Virus record (IMG/VR): IMGVR_UViG_3300009285_000030
Origin: a virus
DNA: 38,390 nt
Reading direction: 5' to 3' (one strand)
The notes under the pieces were generated by a model, which saw only the letters and a program-made list of their open reading frames with translations, was not told where the DNA came from and ran no database searches. This document shows, one piece after another, positions 18,901-26,174 of the stretch. The translations under genes were made by a program, and so were the position numbers. The stretch's first letter is position 1, and the number at the start of each line of letters is the position of its first letter.

Positions 18901-19933
18901 CAATACCGGTTAGAATGGTTTTACCCAAAGCCCCCAGCCCTACTCTACCTGCTATTGAGCCTGCCAGACCATAGCCACCAATTCCAGGGATAGCCAGTAA
19001 CATCAAGTTCGGCAGCATCCTCACGCCCCTGTTTATCCACCAGTCGCCGTTGAATAATTGCTTCCATGTAAAATCGCCCAGTTCGTCAGGCTTCAGTTGC
19101 ACCTGCATAAACTGTCCAACATCAGTAATTTTTTGTCCGATACCTTCAGCACCAAGCCACCTGAAAATACCGCCGACATTAGCGACCAAATCGCCAGTTC
19201 CAGCAGTAAAGGCAGCACCGAAACCAGCCTTAGCCTGCTTCGCCTCTTTCTCGATAACCATCGCCGTCTGGCTAAAGTAGTTTTTAAGTTGCGATTCGGT
19301 TATGTCAGTATAAAGCGTCTTAACCAGCGCCTCGGTATTGGCGTTTCTGCCAGCAGTAATTAAATTACGCCTCAGATTTTCAGGGTCTTTCAAAAGATAA
19401 TCTGTCATCTCATCTCTGTTTATTTCACGCACCAGAAGGGGTAGTGCTTTCTGAAAAGTCTCTGGCAAAAACACGGCGTTTATATTCTTTTCTTCTAAGC
19501 CTAAACCTCTCAGGATAGTCTCTGTATCCGCATTTCTACCTTTCGTCTGGATATTCTTAACGAAAGCATCAGGGTCCTCAAAGGCTATTGTTTGGATAGC
19601 AGTTAGAGTTTGTTCAGGAGTCTCCAGCCCTGTAAAGGATTCCGGATATAGGTTCTGTAATGATTTAGATAGCGTCTCAGGAATTTCAAAGGCTGGCAAA
19701 ACTGGGGTTATTGGCAGAGGAATCCCACCATACAAAGCCCCCTCTTTTGGCTGAGTGGGAGATAGCAGGAAGTCCTCGCCTTCAGGAGTTTCATAACCAA
19801 GTTCTCTAGCTTGCGGAGAGGTCAGCCATAGAGGTTTGGTTAGCTGTTTTTTACCAAGCGTTCCCTCCTTGAGATAGCGCTTCAAAAGCTCTAACTGTTT
19901 AGGGCTGGCATATTCTTTAGCTTCAGTCACCAT
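12992..19933 (-). CDS. Giant virion-associated protein (2,313 aa), candidate internal or ejection protein
   Basis: It is an uninterrupted 6.9-kb ORF between the portal and scaffold genes. It has two Gly-rich hydrophobic clusters, a Pro-rich linker and a C-terminal repeat motif. Confidence 0.6.
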   Translation of the reverse strand: MVTEAKEYASPKQLELLKRYLKEGTLGKKQLTKPLWLTSPQARELGYETPEGEDFLLSPTQPKEGALYGGIPLPITPVLPAFEIPETLSKSLQNLYPESFTGLETPEQTLTAIQTIAFEDPDAFVKNIQTKGRNADTETILRGLGLEEKNINAVFLPETFQKALPLLVREINRDEMTDYLLKDPENLRRNLITAGRNANTEALVKTLYTDITESQLKNYFSQTAMVIEKEAKQAKAGFGAAFTAGTGDLVANVGGIFRWLGAEGIGQKITDVGQFMQVQLKPDELGDFTWKQLFNGDWWINRGVRMLPNLMLLAIPGIGGYGLAGSIAGRVGLGALGKTILTGIGGAALSRPLEGAMEAAGAYDQARAKGLSHEDAEVAANKVFVNNLKLGGLDAAQLAVAFAPQPARVFGQMAKSGLFRTAMVAGKLAFTGLTEGGEELYQEMIQLRAMGDERGFGELIKDPAMQEVFALGAAAGIGMGGGGDIIVRIQNRVIEKLSPEQKTTYEDNVAELVRQGLNDFEAKKQALDNVAETPEGEKIVKEATAQVEKEATVRQIKPKTEADKIALDNLKKKLVDEGKVEAKAVGYVEPELPTVEESQLKELGWSDARIAELDVGERSSIIRNKITPEVAREKPLEIKPVTPEVTKPIDVGNNYSVRDQKNVVTSLKKPEDFKDLQSYGQYMLSQGYKATYTKRTGKTIWEKTSEVKPPTPEVGITYPATQTGAEARAKAEGISIAEASRLNAEEAVIPEKVVIRETLTEPKQYVLTVGIWAAPAWREVFASKKEAELVRKKIKAGTYFEEVAARVKAEAVTPPAEVTPEVKELPAQPPPAGIPPPQPPPTQSIVPPAPLPAMPRDSEIKRIITMAKRQIELNPAGAFTRLMLKIPGIRQALAFNQPALTLNKDVHTAMVAEQQARADVANFSLSSRIRLLRELRDVFGKDVLRGGKSDIKFLGTIEQSRNPITGTLKDIADNPELYELSTAQLGALANMEVHNNTMLDWVVENYGAEIGKFIPKPDGAFLPNIDISEDVIEYLESETRAVVSGRGKTRIWATARERIAGKTPFKPELDVQKLIEGLDSFKASAAAGNTYRAAIGGLTRLEAMEKTHPELYDKMIALRKKLQRLQGYRNVLRQQELESIDTFLSSSFEDADIGNLRDSLELKPGRYVAKAQAGKTFADIDAEINEVRADFEEIRPAWKAANLKPYVFVQEGLFRYFPSDMVKDIKYSREMSRSKALKAIEMVRAGTFTGDFSPFTIQGVIGVLADPINSMVVGVGGLKASIVHKDPFRSVRISALGEDIDANPQEWGIFASLRGYTVAGTAPEYSAGYLSKLPGWSAANESAFVSVTRAQFHSWRANYRNMMKHGITELDAQIMAMKIASEIYPLANPGLLGQSQKRAALLRTLPTSYSFIVQPLALIGETTTGLAKLATFQKLTPKETLSIKVMLTGVVSTLAISATSAALSAIARGDDDEDVINAMWQAIDPDPKNGNFASIIIGNKRIPLGGPYRALFRAFYPQKIEGIPFPVPFAGVPMYLKNRITPLLRTQLDLVLNKDYSKTEIRKGDFPEQMLRMLEYELENILPLTAGAPLEAVRLGERYKEDIWQQVISQFMGVNLVTLDNTYLDRERKKLGLPIPWEYNEAKPFRVQKQDNYSIAGYFGKVGQVYTDLDPETMTERKGYEPLDKLMVEAHILWDDTELLTNQKLKELTLEEAELRYEKGNISQSDFVLITNYYNQKDDRSKAQFVKDNPGLNVNPRNDYLLKNTKENALLALVGKVKLLTKESYNEFNRLVGEYDIPDNALPELTLPPKDSIDGYFKYQDMENKNSWEAQLLLAKDEKLLQFLGRQPIDTPIASLELKTEKTYRAIWHKLDDKDYLKTLDDKVKDENSLTARDRYIADLKATKIGDQTYIDIDRRIEAIEIGTNKAPTDPKIVESWVDRGRTIDQFTAGSSEAKVWLLDHPDVWKWALDNELLTDDGKDWNKNVLRINVQWREQDKAYEALKTDQTRADYLKANNDYRIARRQRDFYSLNVPDIADNLRDKYVGFYELSEKGYVKERYLANNPDLESILTNPAIMGSSVRDKVDATKIPDVRYDNLYFEYEDLFEELDGYSDGASDLYIADKDEREAKRESLLARNPDFQQAIWERQGYLFFIGNEKLVPDYVGYKVIETRGKPPGQDYWFDDDWYLLDHPELYRAMTDLYTKTEGKEGWKPGARDFSRVPPKDVYEQYLIYDSMIGSPDMSRSKAREQYRRTHPKLDAWLVLIGAVSKPIEQIDVEAGMTTAEKIAIDLAKKRAEIDRLKEEIERKLKAMK

Positions 19934-20113
19934 TTAGAACACCTTTGGCTCACCACCGCTCACCACAGGTGGGAGTTTCGCCTGCCGTTTCAAAATGGAT
20001 TGCCTTAATCTCTCCACCAGTAAATTAGAGCCAGCCACAGGTAAACGCTTCTTTACAGCGTTGTTGATTATCTGCTGGGATAGCTTCTGTAGTTCCTTAT
20101 CTAAAAATGGCAT
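19934..20113 (-). CDS. Hypothetical protein (59 aa; below the ORF-track cutoff)
   Basis: Hand translation gives MPFLDKELQKLSQQIINNAVKKRLPVAGSNLLVERLRQSILKRQAKLPPVVSGGEPKVF. It overlaps the upstream stop as TAATG, and its own stop abuts the giant gene's ATG. Confidence 0.5.
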   Translation of the reverse strand: MPFLDKELQKLSQQIINNAVKKRLPVAGSNLLVERLRQSILKRQAKLPPVVSGGEPKVF

Positions 20114-20490
20114 TATATTTCAGCCTCCTGTGTCCCCTTTAATTTATCAAAGGCTTCAACTATATTGTTATAAAGAATCTCCGAAACTAAACCTAGCCGT
20201 CTTTCTTGAATTTCTTTAAACTTGCGCCTAAATTTTGGGGAGAGGAACCTATACCATCTAAATTGCCGACAATTATCAATAGCAAATCCATATTCCCAGC
20301 CTCTATAAAAATTATCAGAAGCAATCCAATCTTCAATCAGGCGACTCGGTAAAATTCTGTGTTTTATAGCATAATTCCTTATTGTTTGAATTAAAGTCCA
20401 TTTAGCGCCAATCCTTTTGTTTTTATATTCAGGACTTGCTCTCATCTTTTTTGTTATGATAATCTTCAAGCCCATTTCTGTGTGTTTCAT
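20113..20490 (-). CDS. Hypothetical protein (125 aa)
   Basis: The ORF is packed tightly between its neighbours. Confidence 0.5.
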   Translation of the reverse strand: MKHTEMGLKIIITKKMRASPEYKNKRIGAKWTLIQTIRNYAIKHRILPSRLIEDWIASDNFYRGWEYGFAIDNCRQFRWYRFLSPKFRRKFKEIQERRLGLVSEILYNNIVEAFDKLKGTQEAEI

Positions 20491-20759
20491 CAGATTTTTA
20501 CCTCCTCATCTGGGATAAAAACGAACACGCCACTTTTAGTTTCTGAATCCTCATCGGGATGGCAAATACCGATAATCTTATCTTTATCCACTGTGATTTT
20601 AGAATATGACTTGGTTCTAAGTGCATTAAGCATAGCATCAGCACCAGCCTCAAAGGCATTGTGCATCAGGTTCCTAGTTCCTTGAACGTCCATAACTAGA
20701 GGAACATAATTAGGGTCTTTCTTATACGGATTATTCCATACTTCCCTAGGTCTCCACAT
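20490..20759 (-). CDS. Hypothetical protein (89 aa)
   Basis: The ORF lies directly after the portal gene. Confidence 0.5.
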   Translation of the reverse strand: MWRPREVWNNPYKKDPNYVPLVMDVQGTRNLMHNAFEAGADAMLNALRTKSYSKITVDKDKIIGICHPDEDSETKSGVFVFIPDEEVKI

Positions 20760-20760
20760 A

Positions 20761-22542
20761 TTATATTTCTGCCTCCTGTTCTATTTCTCCAGCGCCGGGC
20801 GGTTCCATTTCCCTGGTCGTTCTGGTCTGTCCTACTGGCGGTGACCCCGGGCCCACCATCAAAGCAGCAGCTTCCTGCGCTGGCGAAGCTTCTGGAACTT
20901 CAACACCAGTAATTTTTGTTACTTCCTTTGGCGCAATCCCCTCAAGAGCCATACCCATTTCTACCAGAAGAACTTTAGCCTCATCATTTTTACCCTGCTT
21001 ATCAAGAGCCTGTGCCATCTGGAATAATCCCAGAGCACGGCTCACTTTCTGAGCCGTTTGCACCAGATACTTCTCGTCAATATCGTCATAGTCCCGGTAT
21101 TTTAGAATAGTCTTGCGGATGCTCCTATCGTCCATCCACCTCTGTGCCATACCTGCCAGACCATAAGCGGCAGCCGTCTCCTCTGGTAAAGCGGTCAGGT
21201 ACTCAAAGTCAACTGTATAATCGCCAGCCAGGTCAGCAGCCGTATAAGTCCGCTTATTGCCGTGCCGTCCGATAGCAGCACTCATCCCAAAAGCTGTGAA
21301 CTGCCAGGCAGCCTCTTTGAAAAGGAGTTTCTTGAACCGCTCCATAGTCTTAATCCGGGGGGTAAACACCTGTCTGGAAGCGCCAGCCAGGGTAGCGATA
21401 GCAACCTGTGATAGCTGGAACGTAAGGTTTCCCCAGTCTATTTCGCTCAAGGAACCACGTTGTTTAGCACCATTCAGAGTAGCCATGATGAAGCGAACAG
21501 CACCGATTATATCTGGCCCCTCTACCTTTGAAAGCCCCTCAGTAGTTTTAAGTGCCAGCACATTACCAAGCCGGTAAATCGGGTTTGCGGGCACTTTTGT
21601 CCCCGACTCGCTTTTGAGAACCTGTGGGGGCCGGAGTGAAAGTATACTCATACTTTGTAGAATAGAAGCTATCTTATTGATGTGCGGATACAAGTCCCGG
21701 CTACCACTAAAGATAGATTCGCCCCGCATCCTTAAAGCTCTCGTTGAAGTATCCAGAAAAGTTCCTTGCTGGCATAAAGCTACCACAAAAGGCAGATGCC
21801 GAAGTTTATTCGGTATTGCCTCGTAGAATTTGCCGTCGAGGAAAATCACTTCCTCGTTATAATTCCAAGAGTCCCATCGTGTGACGCCTTCACCCTGCGG
21901 TTTGTAATCGGGATATTCTTCACGGCAGAAATCCTTATCGAGGGTATCCCAGAAAGCGACTTTTGACAGTCCCCACCTGCCCACCGAATAAATACATTTC
22001 CGCCTATCCACCGGCAGTAAGTCCACATCAAAGCCGAGTCTATCCTGGGACAAAAGAATCCTTGCCACCATTCCGCCCCTGATTGCTACCTGCTCCCACT
22101 CGTAAGTATCAAAGTCTGGCATCAGGATTTCGTTAAGATGGTCGTTGGCAAGATACATCAGGTCATGCCACCAGTCCTCGATAACCTTTGTCTGGTGTCC
22201 GTCCAGTTCTTCGCCGTTCCTCTGCCCGTTTACCTCGATAATTTCTTCGGACTCATTCAGGACAGCCAACACCCGTTCTCCATAGACCCTGGCATCATTC
22301 ATGGTCACGTGTTCAACCGCTTCCATGTCATTTCCTTCAGGGTCTTTAAGCTTGAATAGCTCTCCAGTCCATAGCTTTTCATCCTCATCCATGCGAGGGA
22401 AAATATGCTTGCCCCACTCCATACTGACCGAGTTAATCCAGTTCATAGTCTCGTCATCGGAGGGAAGCATTGGTATCTGAGCCGACAATGAGGTTGATTG
22501 CGGGACTGCTTTTGAACCTTTGAGGTCTGCTATTTTAGTCAT
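20761..22542 (-). CDS. Portal protein (593 aa)
   Basis: Its size and its position immediately downstream of TerL support the call. Confidence 0.7.
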   Translation of the reverse strand: MTKIADLKGSKAVPQSTSLSAQIPMLPSDDETMNWINSVSMEWGKHIFPRMDEDEKLWTGELFKLKDPEGNDMEAVEHVTMNDARVYGERVLAVLNESEEIIEVNGQRNGEELDGHQTKVIEDWWHDLMYLANDHLNEILMPDFDTYEWEQVAIRGGMVARILLSQDRLGFDVDLLPVDRRKCIYSVGRWGLSKVAFWDTLDKDFCREEYPDYKPQGEGVTRWDSWNYNEEVIFLDGKFYEAIPNKLRHLPFVVALCQQGTFLDTSTRALRMRGESIFSGSRDLYPHINKIASILQSMSILSLRPPQVLKSESGTKVPANPIYRLGNVLALKTTEGLSKVEGPDIIGAVRFIMATLNGAKQRGSLSEIDWGNLTFQLSQVAIATLAGASRQVFTPRIKTMERFKKLLFKEAAWQFTAFGMSAAIGRHGNKRTYTAADLAGDYTVDFEYLTALPEETAAAYGLAGMAQRWMDDRSIRKTILKYRDYDDIDEKYLVQTAQKVSRALGLFQMAQALDKQGKNDEAKVLLVEMGMALEGIAPKEVTKITGVEVPEASPAQEAAALMVGPGSPPVGQTRTTREMEPPGAGEIEQEAEI

Positions 22543-22543
22543 T

Positions 22544-23884
22544 TTATCCCCTTATTCTAACACTTGGTGCTATTTCCTCGTTATTCGGAAAAACCGATAG
22601 CGGTCTGAACTGCGTCATCATATAGCGTTCACTCGCCATGAAGTGGAATATCTCTTCGTTCTCAATCTTGTCCTCAATAGGCACGTAGTTAGCATCAAGT
22701 TCCCTGGAGAATGTCTGCTTCTCCTCCAAGTAATTCCGGCAAGTCCTGAAAACCTTGTGCTTGTGCAGCTTCTCAAAACCGTAAACCCTGTTTATCTGAG
22801 ACCAAACACTTTTATCAAGTGGCTTATCAATGCGCCAGCCCGCCTGGGAGAAGTCGCCCCGCCAGCCATCCTCGGTCGGGGAACCGCCCATTCTTGAAGC
22901 AATCCGCTCTCCCTTAGATAGTTCAATCCAATTCGTAACGTGCTCAAAGGTAGATAGCTGTCCCATAGAGTAGTCCCGATAAGTATAGAAAATCCCTGTA
23001 GAGGGGTCGTAAGCCTTCCACAAACTCACCGTATTGATTGGCCCGAAGTCGTGCCCAACATATCTCGGCCAGTGGGCGGGTATTTCAAACGGCTCTATAA
23101 TATCATTGACTGAATCAAAGGCATCATAAATAAGCCCGGCCGGTTTAGAGAATCTACCCCGGTGGAACATATCGAACTTCCAGGCTGGCATCATTTTCTG
23201 CATCCTCTGGAACTCATCCAGGGGGAAAGCGGGATTAGCGGTCGAGTCAAACTGAATTACATCAATATCGGGATTGCCCTTGAGCCACTCGTCATAAATA
23301 TCGGTCTTGAGCCAACCCAAGCCGTAGAGAGTGGTCGTCATTAGAATCCGGGCCTTGTTAATTAGCGTCCTGCGCTGGACAGCTTCCCATGTTTCCCGCT
23401 TGAACTGCTTTTGACCGCACTCGTCCAACCACACGCCCTTAACTGTAGCCGATTCCATTGACTCGGGGTTCTGAGCTGACCCGATTATCACCCTGACCGG
23501 AACATCTGAGTCAGGAAACAAGACATAGTCCGTCTTTTTCTTCGCTGTCTTCTTAGAATGAAAGGTGAAAATCTTACGGTTCTGGTCGTAAACCCCATAG
23601 TGGAATAAGTCGCCAAACACATATAGGAACTCAGGCAGTAGCTTTCTATCAAGCAAAGGAAAGGTTGAAGTGCCTACCAGGTAGTCCCCGGGCCCACAGG
23701 TTCTTATTTCCCTGTCTAACCAGTGTGGCCCGAAAGAAGTCTTGCCCCCCTGGCTTCCCGCCTGCATATCTATTATCCGCTTCTTGGAGAGCCATGTCTT
23801 GACCTGCCCGGGATGGAAATTAACAACCAGTGTTCCATCGGACTTTATCTCCCGAAACGGCTTGACCTTAATTTCTGTGACCAA
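22544..23884 (-). CDS. terL: Terminase large subunit (446 aa, TTG start)
   Basis: It has a Walker A motif (AGSQGGKTS) and Walker B (VWLDECGQ), followed by a nuclease-half-like C-terminus. Confidence 0.85.
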   Translation of the reverse strand: MVTEIKVKPFREIKSDGTLVVNFHPGQVKTWLSKKRIIDMQAGSQGGKTSFGPHWLDREIRTCGPGDYLVGTSTFPLLDRKLLPEFLYVFGDLFHYGVYDQNRKIFTFHSKKTAKKKTDYVLFPDSDVPVRVIIGSAQNPESMESATVKGVWLDECGQKQFKRETWEAVQRRTLINKARILMTTTLYGLGWLKTDIYDEWLKGNPDIDVIQFDSTANPAFPLDEFQRMQKMMPAWKFDMFHRGRFSKPAGLIYDAFDSVNDIIEPFEIPAHWPRYVGHDFGPINTVSLWKAYDPSTGIFYTYRDYSMGQLSTFEHVTNWIELSKGERIASRMGGSPTEDGWRGDFSQAGWRIDKPLDKSVWSQINRVYGFEKLHKHKVFRTCRNYLEEKQTFSRELDANYVPIEDKIENEEIFHFMASERYMMTQFRPLSVFPNNEEIAPSVRIRG

Positions 23885-24269
23885 CTTCGGATTCCTTCAT
23901 ATATTTGTTCAGGATACCACTTTTCGCTATAAATCTTAAAAGAGAATCTGGAAGAACAACTTTACAAAGCTCAACTTTCTGTAGTTGCCCCTCGGCAGTG
24001 AGAGCGACACCTTGTGCAAACACCAAAAAATCTTGGTCGTCAGATTCCCGATAAAATTCGTAACTACGGAGAGATGCGTCTCTTTCCATAATATACTTCA
24101 TGCCATCGCCCCCCTTCCCCTCAAAATGCACTATCTTACCTATCCCATTCACCAGCTTGGCTCCGCACTTCGGACAACTGAAAACTCGCCTCTCCCCATT
24201 TTCATACGTGAGACGCTTCTCTTCCTTGAACCCGCACCCCTGACAAAAATAATCATAGAGAGGTGACAT
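23868..24269 (-). CDS. FmdB-like zinc-ribbon protein (133 aa)
   Basis: The N-terminus is MSPLYDYFCQGCG...FSCPKCG. GGGAGG lies 6 nt upstream of the ATG. Confidence 0.55.
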   Translation of the reverse strand: MSPLYDYFCQGCGFKEEKRLTYENGERRVFSCPKCGAKLVNGIGKIVHFEGKGGDGMKYIMERDASLRSYEFYRESDDQDFLVFAQGVALTAEGQLQKVELCKVVLPDSLLRFIAKSGILNKYMKESEVGHRN

Positions 24270-24501
24270 CACTAACCTCCCATACCCTCATTAGCCACGC
24301 CAACCATTCTATCTCCTCCACCATCTCCCCTATCTCAGCGTCTTCTAAAAGCTCCTCTACTGTCATGCCTAATTCCCTTGCGGATTCCTCGCCCCAGGGA
24401 AAACCCCCATCCCAAATCCACCCCCCTGTTTTGGCATTACTAGATTCGGCTGCTTCTTTACTCTGCTCTCCTCTATCGACGTCACATATATCGTCCCACA
24501 T
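24253..24501 (-). CDS. Acidic hypothetical protein (82 aa); start uncertain
   Basis: It overlaps 24369..24737 by 133 nt in the -1 frame. An alternative start at 24366 would give 37 aa. Confidence 0.35.
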   Translation of the reverse strand: MWDDICDVDRGEQSKEAAESSNAKTGGWIWDGGFPWGEESARELGMTVEELLEDAEIGEMVEEIEWLAWLMRVWEVSDVTSL

Positions 24502-24737
24502 TTAACACATATGTCTGTCGTCACATGGTACGCTGGCAACTCCGTCCCCATCGGCAGTTTCCCCTCTAACCCCTTGTCTACACATACCCCCTCTATCACC
24601 TGAAAACAAAAGCCCATCTCCTTCCTCATGTGCCCCCTCGCCTTCTCCTTATTCCCCATCTCCTCACAATACCGCTCCGGAGACCCACACACCGGACAGA
24701 CCTTGTACTCCTTTATCCCTATCTCTACCTCTGCCAT
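24369..24737 (-). CDS. Zinc-ribbon protein (122 aa; start moved to the internal ATG)
   Basis: It has paired motifs CPVCG...CVKCG. GAGGAGG lies upstream of the ATG at 24737. Confidence 0.5.
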   Translation of the reverse strand: MAEVEIGIKEYKVCPVCGSPERYCEEMGNKEKARGHMRKEMGFCFQVIEGVCVDKGLEGKLPMGTELPAYHVTTDICVKCGTIYVTSIEESRVKKQPNLVMPKQGGGFGMGVFPGARNPQGN

Positions 24738-24738
24738 T

Positions 24739-25002
24739 TTACCTCCTCTGTGAACCTTTTCCACTCTGCCCAAAAGACTTAATAAAACCCTCCGCTAATC
24801 CTTTTGTGCCTTCTAAAGTTACCTCTTCAAACCCCCTGACGTACCCTATGCCATCTATCCGCTTTGAATAGTCTAACCCTAATTCCTCAACCTCCCCTCT
24901 GTATACTAACTCTTCACAAGTGGTATCTTTATACAACTTGAACCACCCGTGACTGCTTATCTCTATTGTCCGCCCCTCTATATCAAAATATATCTTCGCC
25001 AT
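24739..25002 (-). CDS. Hypothetical protein (87 aa)
   Basis: The ORF has an AGGAAG RBS. Confidence 0.5.
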   Translation of the reverse strand: MAKIYFDIEGRTIEISSHGWFKLYKDTTCEELVYRGEVEELGLDYSKRIDGIGYVRGFEEVTLEGTKGLAEGFIKSFGQSGKGSQRR

Positions 25003-25230
25003 CTCTTCTTCCTAAAACCTTTTTCTTTCTTTAAAAAATTCCAGCGACCTCCAGTAATCTCCACCCCACCCGATTTACACGACCACCCCCCTGGCTCTCT
25101 CCTTGTTCTACGGCACACGAACTAACTCCTGTTCTATTTGTTGGCACCAATCCTCTGTCCATTTTTACTACTTAAAGTCCCTCGCACTAATGCCACTTAT
25201 GTAAACCAGCCTGACTTGTGGCACGTCTTA

Positions 25231-25335
25231 CTACTTCTTTGTAGCCTTTTGTCCCACGCTCAGGATGCTGGCAACTTGCTCTGCCAGTCTCTCCAGTCTC
25301 TTCTCCAGGGTGTCCAGCACTATCTTCTCAGACAT
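25231..25335 (-). CDS. Mini-ORF, helical peptide (34 aa)
   Basis: The sequence is MSEKIVLDTLEKRLERLAEQVASILSVGQKATKK. GAGGAGGG lies 8 nt upstream. Confidence 0.4.
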   Translation of the reverse strand: MSEKIVLDTLEKRLERLAEQVASILSVGQKATKK

Positions 25336-25352
25336 CTGTCTGTCCCTCCTCT

Positions 25353-25439
25353 TTACCAACCTAACCTGAGAAGTATAAGATATATAGCCCTAACCACTAG
25401 GAAAAAGACAGCCAGTTCCAAAATAAGCTCTAATTTCAT
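25353..25439 (-). CDS. Mini-ORF, TM peptide (28 aa)
   Basis: The sequence is MKLELILELAVFFLVVRAIYLILLRLGW. Its ATG overlaps the TerS stop (ATGA). Confidence 0.4.
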   Translation of the reverse strand: MKLELILELAVFFLVVRAIYLILLRLGW

Positions 25440-25930
25440 TCCTTCCCCTCCTCTAGCAATTCACTCGCCTCGCCCTCTACCACCTGCGGTATCTCCTGCC
25501 CCGGGCTGAGGTTGTATTCCACGTGGGTGATATGGACTTCCTTATGTTCGTCAAGAGTGATTCCGATAGGAGCTGGCCGGCCCCAGCGCTCCCGGTGTCG
25601 GCGCTCCAGGAAAGTTATCGCTGGCAGCCAGTCCTTCTTTTGTAGGGCTGTCTCACGTACCATTGAGGCTAACTCAGCTTCGGCGGCAGCCTCAGCCCTT
25701 TTCACAGCAATCATAAAGTCAAAATACATTCCCCCGCCGTTGTTTTCTTCTTTTAGGGCATTGTTCAACCAGAGGTTAAAGGTATTGGTATCGATACCGA
25801 CAGCGGAGCAAGCAGTAACGAGGTAGTTACCGGCCGCGATATACTTACAGATTTTCTCTTGGAGTTCTGGGGTAAGTTTAGTAGGACGGCCGGTGCCCTT
25901 ATAGCCTGGTGGTTTTGAAGAGGTAGTCAT
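25436..25930 (-). CDS. terS: Terminase small subunit (164 aa)
   Basis: The N-terminal HTH (GRPTKLTPELQEKICKYIAAGNYLVTACSAVGIDTNTFNLW) and DWLPAITFLERRHRERWG are typical of TerS. Confidence 0.75.
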   Translation of the reverse strand: MTTSSKPPGYKGTGRPTKLTPELQEKICKYIAAGNYLVTACSAVGIDTNTFNLWLNNALKEENNGGGMYFDFMIAVKRAEAAAEAELASMVRETALQKKDWLPAITFLERRHRERWGRPAPIGITLDEHKEVHITHVEYNLSPGQEIPQVVEGEASELLEEGKE

Positions 25931-25994
25931 ACAACAAGTTTAGCACAGGGTGTCAAGAGGATACAAGGGGAGGGGTTTCTCTTTGGTTCTTTCT

Positions 25995-26024
25995 CTTTTA
26001 GGTAATTCATACAGAGCTTGTCAA
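25995..26024 (-). promoter_or_regulatory. Candidate sigma70-type promoter facing the TerS/late arm
   Basis: On the minus strand the sequence is TTGACA-N18-TAAAAG. The -10 is weak. Confidence 0.3.
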
Positions 26025-26026
26025 AG

Positions 26027-26118
26027 TATTACAGTGAAATATTACAGTAATTATCTAGTAATATTACTATTACTTACTATATAGTAATATAGTGCGGTAA
26101 TAGAAAATAACATTACAG
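26027..26118. promoter_or_regulatory. AT-rich repeat and palindrome array (operator, origin or packaging-site candidate)
   Basis: TATTACAGT occurs twice (26027, 26040). There are two perfect 14-bp palindromes, TAGTAATATTACTA (26056..26069) and TTACTATATAGTAA (26074..26087). About nine ATTAC/GTAAT pentamers are present. Confidence 0.6.
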
Positions 26119-26174
26119 GCGTAACCTTGAATTATCCTTTGAAACGTGTTATTATTAAAGCAAGGAGAGAAGCG

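Noticed and set aside
12807-19363. Many 60-143-aa plus-strand ORFs antisense to the giant gene and its neighbours (for example 12807..13238, 17022..17408, 18498..18848).
   Set aside because: They all lie inside a continuous 6.9-kb minus-strand ORF and lack RBSs. Their compositions are typical of antisense frames.
12992-19933. The giant ORF as a tape-measure protein.
   Set aside because: It has Gly-rich hydrophobic segments like tape-measure proteins. However, it lies between the portal and scaffold genes, and I found no tail tube, sheath, chaperone-frameshift pair or distal tail genes. This is not fully excluded.
25003-25230. A G-quadruplex in the G-rich part of the late-arm gap.
   Set aside because: The G-runs are irregular (G6, GG, GGG, GGGG, GG) and separated by a long 14-nt spacer. 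I cannot support a stable four-tract arrangement by eye.
25138-25509. A 123-aa plus-strand ORF in the TerS-proximal gap.
   Set aside because: It is antisense to TerS and to two RBS-preceded mini-ORFs, and its product is Leu/Pro/Ser-rich with no RBS.
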